64,000 nucleotides of DNA from Octopus vulgaris (lineage: Eukaryota). Position numbers and translations under genes: made by a program. The notes under the pieces are model-generated. The model did no database searches, was not told where the DNA came from, and saw nothing but the letters and a program-made list of their open reading frames with translations. Below are positions 53,916 through 64,000 of the stretch, one piece after another (position 1 is the first letter of the stretch; every line of letters begins with the position of its first letter). The stretch spans positions 65,224,001 through 65,288,000 of the forward strand of contig OX597820.1 in the NCBI GenBank assembly GCA_951406725.2, written 5' to 3'.

Positions 53916-55344
53916 CGCGCGTGTGTGCGTGCGTGTGAGGGAGAATGAGAGAGAATTTTGTGATTGTGTAGCACAGAGAGGGTGAAAAGGGTGAAAGAGA
54001 AAAAGAGAGAGGGAGAGGGAGGGGCATGGGAGGAGGAGGAGTTAGATCACTTCAATGATGTTATATAATTTATTTGCCTTTCATGCCCAGTGAGCTATCA
54101 ATTTCATGAAGATGACGCTGGCTTCGTTTCGATTTACTGTCAATTCAGAGTTGTCTTATTACACTAGACAGACAAGTGAGTATTTAAACTAGAGATTTTT
54201 CATAAACACACACACACATATAACATAGTACTGAGTTATGTGTATGAATGTTTGCACATATTTGTATGTATGTGTGTGTGAGGGTGTGTGCGTATGTGTG
54301 CAAGTGTGTGGTATAGAAAACGAGAGAGAGAGAGAGGTACAGACCGATATCGTGTCTTATAATTTATAATGTATATAAGGCATGCTTATATTAAATCTAT
54401 GTGCCTATCTATCAATCTATCTGGTAATCATTTCACTTCTAAATAATTATTTATGAATAAATTTTGTACACAGACACATGTATGCGTGTGTATATGTATG
54501 TGTATAAACACATGCTCATACAAATGTGTTTAGATTTGTGTTTGCGCGCATGCATAGAAGGAGGGAGTGAGTGAGAAAGAATAGTGTCATACAGATGTAA
54601 GAATAATATGATATATTCGAGTAATATTGGCTTATTCATAAAGGAGCTAATATGTCGGTGAACGCATATTAGAATTATTTAAAGAAGTCATGCTAAAATG
54701 TATGTGCGCACACAACCACACAAACATATAGATATCCATATATATATATATAGGCATAGAAATATATATACATAGGCAGACGTGGGTGTACGCGCGTCTG
54801 TAATATAAACGTCGTTTTTGATAAACGTTCTCATTGCAGTATTGCAGGTCAAATGTCAGAGCAATGTGAAGACTATTTGTACGAATCATGGCAAACCTAA
54901 CCTCGTGACTATATTTTCTGCCATCCTTCAGTTAGTTGTGGCCTATTGTAACAAATCTCCTCCTTTACCTTGGCGGGGAGTAAAGCTAATACGATGCTAC
55001 CTTACGCTTTATTAAAAAGGGGAGATAACAAGAAAGGCATTGTCTGACAATTGCAACTTTCCATGATAAGACGCAGCTACCGACATCGTCTTTATTTGTA
55101 GCTAAATATATGTAAAACTCCTTTGGTTAGCTTGTATTTGTAAATACACATACACACGCTGGTGTGGGAACACATACAAGTAGTATACAATTTAATAAAC
55201 GTTAAAAAGGACATCGCAAGAAGGCCAAAGTTTGAAAAATAAGATAAAGAGGTATCTTAATCTTTCGGATGATAGTATTTCCTCATAAGCAAGATAGAGA
55301 AATATATAAAAGAGAGTGGGAAAGGAAAATGGTGATCCTATCTG

Positions 55345-55510
55345 TATGAAGGGGTGCTGAAAAGTTCCAGGCTTTGGATAAAAGAAAATACATTTATTGC
55401 AGCGGTCCTTCACTTTTTCTAAACCCTGTAAAAGAACTTGGAAGGTTGGGCCACAAACCAGGCCTTTCGCGACACCCTTAAAGCCAGGAACTTTTCAGCA
55501 CCTCCTCGTA
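55345..55510. mobile_element. Mariner-type MITE with ~30-bp TIRs
   Basis: TA-TGAAGGGGTGCTGAAAAGTTCCAGGCTTT ... AAAGCCAGGAACTTTTCAGCACCTCCTCG-TA. Confidence 0.85.
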
Positions 55511-55670
55511 TTGTCTTCTTCAATGCTTACTGTTATTACAACATGTATTCAACACTGATGCAGACCTCGTTTGGATTAGATCTCGGAACTTCATCTTTGA
55601 TCCACAAATTGGATGACCAAAAGGATTATCTTCTCTCCTTCTCTCTCTCTCTCTCTCTCTCTCTTACTAA

Positions 55671-55711
<41 letters not shown>

Positions 55712-55713
<2 letters not shown>

Positions 55714-56285
55714 GGTAAACAGTAAAAATAATTACAGACATGGACAAGAACATGAAACACCACAGAGACGACACAAGAACCACAGGACGGGACATTCGAA
55801 GCCCTCAGTCATCAGTCAAGAACCAGATCATCTTAGCAATTTCGGCTGATTAATCTTGAGATTGCTCCGATTTGGGCAGCCCGCCAAGGGAAATCTAAGC
55901 CAAGCGCATTAGATCCCCTGGAAGAAAGCTTCGAATGTATACAACACGAGGACGGAAAACGAACGAAGTACACGAACAAAAATACAGAATACGTGACACC
56001 AATAAGAATACAAAAACGTAAAAACAATAACGGTAAAAATAAAAAACAAAACAAAACCAGGACGTAGGACAAGGGTCTTTCGACAGGACGAGTTGAGTTT
56101 AGGGCTGGCTTATGAAGTTGTGCCTAATGGCCGCAGGGAGACGAACAAATACGTGTTGCTTCGGCGACTGCTGGAACGAAAAGAGCGCTCAACAGTGGCT
56201 AGCGGTCACGTGAGAACAAAAGACAGGAGAAAGGGACAGATGAAAAGAGAGAGAAGGTGGACGAGGGAGGAGAAGAAAGAGACAG
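55712..56285. repeat. Unclassified (TA)-flanked complex block, probably a transposable-element terminal region
   Basis: GC-richer, strongly purine-biased block with abrupt (TA)n boundaries and no recognisable ORF. Only one copy is present in this window. Confidence 0.35.
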
Positions 56286-56535
56286 ATGTATGTATGTATA
56301 TATAAATATATACGTATGTATAGATATATATAGTTATATAGATAAATATTCTATAATTATAAACATAATTATAATTATGGGTCAGCTGATTGCTCCACTA
56401 CATACCGAATTTAGATATATGAATTAAAAAATTCCTTTTCTATTACCGTAAGAATCTCCCAGACAGTAACACACTTTTTTACGTAGGCAAAAAAAAAAAA
56501 AGAAAAGTAATAATGAATCCACACGACTTCGATTA

Positions 56536-56593
56536 GCCACAAACGCGTTTCGAGATTAAAGTATGTTTACTTATTTCTCATCATCAGTGTAGC
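56536..56593 (-). ncRNA. Candidate type I hammerhead ribozyme with canonical core
   Basis: The minus strand reads GCTACA-CTGATGA-T-GAGA(AAT AAGTA AACA TACTT TAA)TCTC-GAAAC-GC-GTT-TGTGGC: a 6-bp stem I, an extended stem II, palindromic stem III AACGCGTT and a GUU site. Confidence 0.78.
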
Positions 56594-56726
56594 ATTCCGA
56601 ATATAAAATTTGAAAGTGCTAGGGTTAAATATGTACACGATCGAGCCTCAACGCGCAACAGCTATCCAACCAACACTTCCAAAATTTACACAGCCAAATG
56701 TATTATCAATATATATAATAATAATA

Positions 56727-56887
56727 GGCGTAGGAGTGGCTGTCTGGTCAGTAGCTTGCTTACGAATCACATGGTCCGGGTTCAGTCCCACTGCGTGGCA
56801 CCTTGGGCAAGTTTCTTCTACTATATCCTCGGGCCGACCAAAATCTTGTCAGTGGATTTCTTAGACGGAAACTGAAAGAAGCCCGTC

Positions 56888-56965
<78 letters not shown>

Positions 56966-57432
56966 GTATATATGTACGTATGTGTATATGTTTGTGTGTC
57001 TGTGTTTGTCTCTCCAACATCTGTTTCTTTATTACCCACAAGGGGCTACACACAGAGGGGACAAACAAGGACAGACAAACGGATTAAGACGATTACATCG
57101 ACCCCAGTGCGTAACTGGTACTTAATTTATCGACCCCGAAAGGATGAAAAGCAAAGTCGACCTCGGTGGAATTTGAACTCAGAACGTAACGGCAGATGAA
57201 ATATGGTTACGCATTTTTCCCGGCATGCTAACGATTCTGCCAGCTCGCCGCCTTCATCGCTTGACAACCGATGCTATTGTGTTTACGTCCCCGTAACATA
57301 GCGATTCGGCATAAGAGAGCGATAGAATAAGTACTAGGCTTACAAAGAATTGATTTGCTCGACTAAAGGCGGTGCTCTAGCCTGGCCACAGTTAAATGAC
57401 TGAAACAAGTAAAAAAGTAAAAGAGTAAAAGA
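56727..57432 (+). mobile_element. SINE family A with an antisense SINE family B copy nested at 57022-57254
   Basis: Family A sequence breaks at ..CCAACATC and resumes CATCGCTTGAC after the insert. Confidence 0.88.
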
Positions 57433-57527
57433 GTATATATGTCTCTCTCTCTCTCTGTATAGATAGATAGATATAGATTGATATAGATATAGCTGTATGT
57501 ATGTATGTGTGAAATAGAGAGAGAGAG

Positions 57528-57591
<64 letters not shown>

Positions 57592-58475
57592 GAAGAAGGA
57601 GAAAATAGCACGCCGAGCAAAATGTTTAGGGGCTTCTCTTCTGGGTTTACGTTCTGAACTCAAATGCCGCTGAGATCGATTCTCCCTTTCATCTGTTTAG
57701 GTTCAATAAAATAAATGCCAACTAAACATCCCCTCAACATCCCTGAACAAACACCCTCCCCACAAAATTTTCAGACCTTTTACTTATAGTAGAAAAGATA
57801 TGTATGTGTATATTGGTATATGCATATGTATATATATATGTGTGCGTGTGTCGGCGTGTGTGTGGCTACGTACATGTGTACGTATGTACGTATGTATAGA
57901 CAATGCATGTCTATGTATACACACATACACATACACAGAGGTATTCCTGATTTTACTCCTATTTCATTTAAACCCATTGGCAATAACACCTGTTTGAAAT
58001 TTATCCAAGACACGCATATTCTCTTACCAATCATCACAGAGCTCAGGTGAATATTTACTAAACAACATCTGTTCGTTTTCTTTACAAACCATTATGTTTG
58101 AAGAATTCTTACATTATTCTGTGTTTTGAAGTGGTTTCTGATTTATCCTAAGACATCTCATTCAATAATTACTTATGTGCTTATTCTTTTCTAATTAAGT
58201 GCGTTATTTAGCTACTTCAACAGATTTCTTTGTGATTTGATAGGAATTGCAAACAGTATTTGTCTGTTTACTGTTCTAAGATGATTACTGTTCATAGGAA
58301 ATTTTATTATTTTAAAGTGAGTTAATTTTGTAATGATGCGAAGAGAACAAAGGAAGAGCCATGTCGTGTAAAAGAATTTGAACGACTCCTAAGTGCTCAA
58401 AACCATGGAATAAAGAATCTTTGAGTTATACGTATAGGCATAGCTTCGCGTTTTGGAAGCACGCTTTACAATTAC

Positions 58476-58787
58476 TGAATTTGAACTCATAACGTTAAGA
58501 AAGACGAAACACCGCTAAGAATTTCGTCCAGCGTGCTAACGTTTCTGCCAGATCGCCGCCTTAAATGGAGAGAGTATTCTTTCCTACTCTAGCCACAAGG
58601 CCCGAAATTTCTGGTGAGGGGACCAGCCGATTAGATCGACAATAGTACTCAACTGGTACTTAACTTATCGACTCTGAAAGGATAAAAGTCAAAGTCGACC
58701 TCGGCGGAATTTGAACTCAGATTGTAATGACGAAATACCGCTAAACATTTTGCCCGGCGTGCTAACGTTTCTGCCAGCTCGCCACCT
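58476..58787 (-). mobile_element. Two adjacent SINE family B copies
   Basis: Both end in CGCC(G/A)CCTT-AAATGGA on the plus strand. The second has tail type 2. Confidence 0.8.
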
Positions 58788-59342
58788 TAAATGGAAAAAA
58801 AAAAAAAAAAAAAAAAAAATTTAAAGTTGTGAATGAAGAGATATGAAACAGAAAATACGATAAATTGAGTCATGATATTTTCTGTGATGAGGCATTTTAA
58901 AATCTTTTCTCTTTTACTGTTTTCAATAATTTGATTGCGGATAGGCTGGGGCACCGCCTTGTAGGGTTTTCTTTAAGCTTGGTAGTCTATCACTTAGGCT
59001 GAGCTGGTACGTTACGGAGAAGTGAACATACCGACACATGTGGTTAAGTGGTAGGGGACAAGCAGAAGCACTAGGACACACATAAATACATGCATATCAC
59101 TCTCCCTTTCTCTTTCTCTCTCTCTCTCTCTCCTTCTCTCTTTCTCTCTGCATATATATATGACCCCCTTTGAAAATGGGGTCATAACCCCGAAATACTG
59201 AATACAAGGTAAGTATTAATTCACATATTTGTTTTCTGGTGATTTATCTTGCATTTACTTCGCATTGTGTTGGCCTTCCCATGGTCTTTTATACAATACA
59301 TATATATATATCTTTATATATATACATATATATATATATATA

Positions 59343-60371
59343 TCTTTATATATATAAAACTGAGAATGTCTGTCTGTCTGTGTGTTTCCCTAAAACTTGA
59401 GAACTACACATGCCTTACATAAATTTTACACATGCCTTACTTAGGGCCCATGTAGTTTCATGGGCAAAAAAAGATGTTCAACTTCTTGCCTAGAGCGAGC
59501 CCATAGCAATATCATATCTTCTCCACTATTTCAATATTACGTGTTAAAAGTGAAACAAAAACATTTCTCTATTTTATGTCAGATACTTTCACTTTAACAA
59601 TAAAAATAATAATAACAATTGAATTATATGTAGTAAGTAATAATTAAAATCAAACTAAAGTATAATATAATCGTAACATAAACAAAGTAAAAATAGCAAT
59701 TGGTATAAAATTACATCAATGACTTGAACTTGAATAAGTGGTTTCACATGAATGGGAATAAATCAAAAATAAAATTAGCGTGCAGAAATGGAATAGTCCA
59801 GATGGATAATAAAAAATTAAATTAAAGAAAAGACTATTGTCTATAAAGTATACAATGTAGAGAAAAACGAAGATTTGAACACGTGGAGGAAAGCACCTTC
59901 GAAAAGTGTCTTGGTACGACTATGAAAGTTATCTAATCAGAGGTGGGAAATTCGCCACAATAGAAGCAAGGTTCGAGTAGAAGCAAGGGAGTACTTGACT
60001 CGAACTTGCAAAGTGGAAATATTTTATTTTTACCTTTATATCTGGGACGTAGGACGTCCCGGAAAAAAATTTTTAAATGCCCCCATCCCCGAAGTAGAGG
60101 TAGGCTGGATTGTAGCCACACTTCTATACAAGAGGGAGGACAAGATACAATTGATCGAAATTACAAGAGACGGGCTAACAATTCCAGTCTGTTATATATT
60201 TTGAGTATTGTTATCACTAGCGATATCAAGATATAACTTTGTATTTTGTATTTTATGTGTAGATGTATATATAAAGATGTACATGTAATATGTACACATA
60301 TATATACACATATATATACACATATATACATGCACTAGCACTACGACCCGGCAACGACGGGCCTTTAATGC

Positions 60372-60374
<3 letters not shown>
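59343..60374 (+). mobile_element. Non-autonomous Helitron
   Basis: Begins A|TCTTTATATATATAAAA with a (TGTC)n subterminal tract. Ends with hairpin CCCG-GCAACGA-CGGG about 10 nt before CTAG|T, the TC...CTAG / A|T insertion signature. Confidence 0.85.
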
Positions 60375-60429
<55 letters not shown>

Positions 60430-60717
60430 ATGTATATGTAGTTTAAATTTATAGCAAAACAAAAAACGAAGACTGGTGTATTAGCAACATGTAAGTGTAT
60501 TAATTTGATGCTCGGGAAAAATGAAAAAGTCATTTATGTTTCGGGCCTACGCTCTTCAACAGAAAGGAATACGAGAAAATGAACGGAGACACACACTCAC
60601 GAGTGTGTGCGTGTATTTGTGTATGTACCTATCTATGTATCTCTCTCTGTCTCTCTATTTATATATGTCTGTGTGTATGTGTGTGCGTGTGTGAGAATGT
60701 TTGTGTATCTTCTAATA

Positions 60718-60770
<53 letters not shown>

Positions 60771-61472
60771 TAGAAGATACTTGACGAAGGCTCCACGCGT
60801 TGTGAATGAATCTGGAACCTTATGGCTGGGGAGTAAGTTTCTTATCACACGGCCGATGTTCGCCTACGATTCGATATCACCTTGTGAGCTCAAAGGGTTA
60901 GATGAGTTACAGTTACGTGTTTACTGAAAGTCGAACAAGAGTTATACAAGAATCCTTGAATTGTATAAATCTTCATTGAGAAGATTTCTCGACCAAAGCT
61001 ATTCTTAGACAATACTTCTGGCTACACTTCAAATCTTGATGGATATCAGACGTTGAAGCTGAAAGTAAACGTTCTTTTTACATGTCTTCAGACATATCCG
61101 TTTTGCAGCCGATGGCCTAGAGATTAACGGAAACTTTTAAAGCATACTGTCTGCAGGAATCATTTCATACAATGGTCTGTATTAGAGAGAGAGATTGATA
61201 CGGGTGTAAAATATTTCTACATGTCATTTGACATTTTAAATGATGTTCGTGCGGAAATGCCTCAATGGTTAAAGAGTTGCTTTGGAAAAAAATAAGGGTA
61301 TCGGGTTCACTCGCGGGGTGGGGACCTTTGTGCTCCAGGATTAGCAATGGATTGACCAATATGTTGTAGGTGGAATTTTGATAGGCAGAAGCTGTCATGG
61401 ACATACATATTTGTGTTTATGTTTAATTTTATGCGTAAACTGTTTTTGTTGTTTACGCAGTCGCGAAAAGGA

Positions 61473-61794
61473 AGTCAAAGTCGACCTCGGCGGAATTTGA
61501 ACTCAGAACGTAAAGACAGACGAAATACCGCTAACATTTCTCCCGGCGTGCTAACGTTTCTTATTTCTTTATTGCCCACAAAGGGCTAAACATAGAGGGG
61601 ACAAACAAGGACAGACAAACGGATTAAGTCGATTACATCGACCCCAGTACGTAACAGGTAGTTATTTTCATCGACTTCGAAAGGATGAAAAGCTAAGTTG
61701 ACCTCGGCGGAATTTGAACTCAGAACATAGGGGCAGACGAAATACCTCTAACATTTCGCCCGGCACGCTAACATTTCTGCCAGCTCGCCGCCTT
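61473..61794 (-). mobile_element. Two tandem SINE family B units
   Basis: The GACCTCGGCGGAATTTGAACTCAGAAC block is repeated. Confidence 0.85.
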
Positions 61795-62331
61795 ACAACT
61801 TTGCTACATTGCAATGGTTATAAAGACTTCTTGCTAGGAACAGGATCATAAAAGTTCTGGGCGGCTATTTATTTCATCAGCCTCTGAAAGTAGACGGGCA
61901 ACGGAGGAGAACAGGGTGCGATTCGAAGACAGAAGGTAAAAGAGCGTAAGTTCGCGCCCGCAGACTGAATTAATTGAATCGCCATCCATTGCCGTTATAG
62001 TATCTATGCTTAACATACAAAGTAGAGAGACAGTGAGAGCAATCCAATCGATACTACTACTTGACTGATACTTGAGCAGCCGTCCTCAATTAATTATTGT
62101 GTGTCCAGCATATCTTTCTAGACAATACTAACGATTTTGTGATGTAAATGTTATATTTTATGGGTGTCGCAAGTAACTTACTAAAGCCGACGACAGATTG
62201 CGTAGATTTTATTATTTTCTATTAATTCTGATTTATATATAAACAATTTATAAATTTTAAGAGTTTAGCATATTATGACAGTCGATTTAAATATTTATAG
62301 ATCGATGCATTATTTTTTTATATTTGTGTGT

Positions 62332-62380
<49 letters not shown>

Positions 62381-62539
62381 TAATAATAATAATAATAATT
62401 ATATATGTTTCTTTTCAAAATATAAATTTTTTTTTTAATATTCCGTTGTTCCTGCGTTGAATATATTTCGGATGGTCGTTTCGTGTCTCGAAAATTTTAT
62501 AGTTTAGTCAATATACTTTCCAGAGATAGATTTTCGGTG

Positions 62540-63130
62540 AGTGTTCTTCTTTATCGTGAGCTCAACTCCGGGAAGCGACCAAAAAATAAGCCCTGAAGGA
62601 ACATCTGAAGAAGCTAGATATGAACAAAAGTGATTGGGAAACTGATGCTTTGGACCGGAATAAGTGGAGAGGTGCTGTTAGGACTGTTTGCAAATGATGA
62701 GAGGAAAAGATTATTCAGTGCTCTGAGCTCAAAAGGGCCTGTCGGAAAAGAAGAATTGGAACCGAAATCAACAGTGAATACTGGAAATGTATTATGTTCG
62801 ATCAAAGGCAGGATACCTGAATCGTATGAAGTCACATGAAAATCGAAATGCCTAGGTAGGTAATAATTTTGAATCACCAACCGCTTCTATAAGACAATAT
62901 CTGAATTTAAAAGACATATGTTCGTTCGCAAAAACATTCCTTCTGAATCAGATTCCAAAGGGTAAAGATGTAGAAGGAACTTGAATTTTAGACTCTGTCA
63001 GCAACAAGCTGGTTTTAAAAGTCGTCCGAGGGCTCATTAACGGAGGGATCGTAGTGTGTGATGGTGGGGGGTTGTATGTGTGTGTGTATTGACGGGACGG
63101 CTATCATCTGTCAAAATGAAGCAATCATCA
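62540..63130 (+). mobile_element. RTE-clade LINE 3' fragment
   Basis: VLLYRELNSGKRPKNKP..LKKLDMNKSDWETDALDRNKWRGAVR..MKSHE matches the LYGEL..G.R / WE..A.DR..WR C-terminal signature of RTE ORFs. The 3' boundary is approximate. Confidence 0.75.
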
Positions 63131-63159
63131 TATATACATACATATATATACACACACAC

Positions 63160-63941
63160 AGCCTTTGGAATTTCATCCTCGCTGTACGTGACCGAGTATT
63201 ATCCTGGTGGAATAACACCTTTCGTCTTGAAACCAAAGATGGTCGTTTTCTTCTAGCGCTGAGTAAAGCCGTTTAAGTTGCTCGCAGCAGATCTTTGTTA
63301 TCGTTGGGTTTGGGTTTAAATGTTCAAAATGGTCTAAACCTTTCATATCTCACCAAACAGATAACATCACACGTGGGTGATGACCTTCTTTACCCTGGGG
63401 TGCCGGTATTTCTCCTCTCCCTAGCCACTGTCTTCGGCGCTTGACATTTTTATAGAGAAACCATTTCTCGTTACTAATCACAATTCGATCCAAAAAAGGT
63501 GCATTCGTGAGACGTGACAACAAAAAAGAGTACACATTCACTCTACGTGTAGATTTGACCCAATTTGCTGACATTTCTGATGGCACACAGGTGTTGACGA
63601 ATGGTTGAACGACCAAATCCAAGCTTTTCCGCTAGTTCTTCAACAGTTACGATGGAATTTTGTTCCACCAGGTTTTGCAGGATCTTCTCGTCGAGCTCTA
63701 CAGATCTTCCAGAACGGGGCTTGTCTTCTACGCTGAATATGCTCCTTTGTCACTTCTATTATAGCTTTGTAAAAATAACTGTTAAAATCGAACTGCACTC
63801 TTCAAAATTTGCACTAAGAATAAGTACAAGGTAAAATTACTACATGACTTTATAGCAAGTTGATGCAGGTAGTTTATCCCGTCCCCCTCCCGCTTTTAGT
63901 TCTTGCAATTGAGAAAACAGCATTATTTATGGGATGACCCA

Positions 63942-63942
<1 letters not shown>
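63160..63942 (-). mobile_element. Mariner (Mos1-like) transposon, internally deleted and 3'-truncated transposase pseudogene with 5' TIR
   Basis: TIR-like TATTGGGTCATCCCATAAATAA next to (TA)n. Translation FLDRIVISNEKWFLYKN (TGDEKW-like), VMLSVW and VLFHQDNTRSRTA (HDNARPH-like). Confidence 0.88.

Positions 63943-64000
<58 letters not shown>

Noticed and set aside
54091-54175. Possible exon between CCCAG and GTGAGT
   Set aside because: The splice signals are plausible, but the peptides are unrecognisable and there is no supporting gene structure. I kept it only as part of a unique island.
55790-55860. Type II hammerhead on the minus strand (CCGAAATTGC..CTGATGACTGA)
   Set aside because: Stems I and III could not be paired consistently around an NUH site.
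59165-59209. TTGAAAA-T-GGGG TCATAA CCCC-GAAAT hammerhead-like motif
   Set aside because: Stem II is good and the core would be U3:A8, but stem III, the cleavage triplet and stem I do not register. It is a single copy and too weak to call.

Overview
This is AT-rich eukaryotic DNA dense in microsatellites ((TA)n, (CA)n, (TACA)n, (GA)n, (TAA)n, (GAT)n). Its repeat content resembles an octopus (coleoid cephalopod) genome; that is my inference, not a database result. I found no intact host protein-coding gene, and almost every ORF in the supplied track is a microsatellite artefact, so the window looks intronic or intergenic. It contains many copies of two tRNA-derived SINE families and a third rarer one, a near full-length Tc1 pseudo-element, mariner and rosa/maT-like fragments, a mariner-type MITE, a non-autonomous Helitron, and fragments of CR1/Jockey-like, RTE, R4/Dong-like and Penelope-like (GIY-YIG) retroelements. 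The most interesting signal is a set of minimal type I hammerhead-ribozyme (HHR) motifs with palindromic stem III. Two have canonical cores and well-formed helices (20443-20491 +, 56536-56593 -). Several repeat families carry recurrent non-canonical cores (U4C, U3:A8, A6U), some in fold-back pairs and most in or beside (TA)n tracts. A Penelope-like 3' end also places a tRNA-like Pol III A/B box directly upstream of an HHR remnant. All folds and alignments were done by eye, and coordinates of degenerate repeats are approximate.
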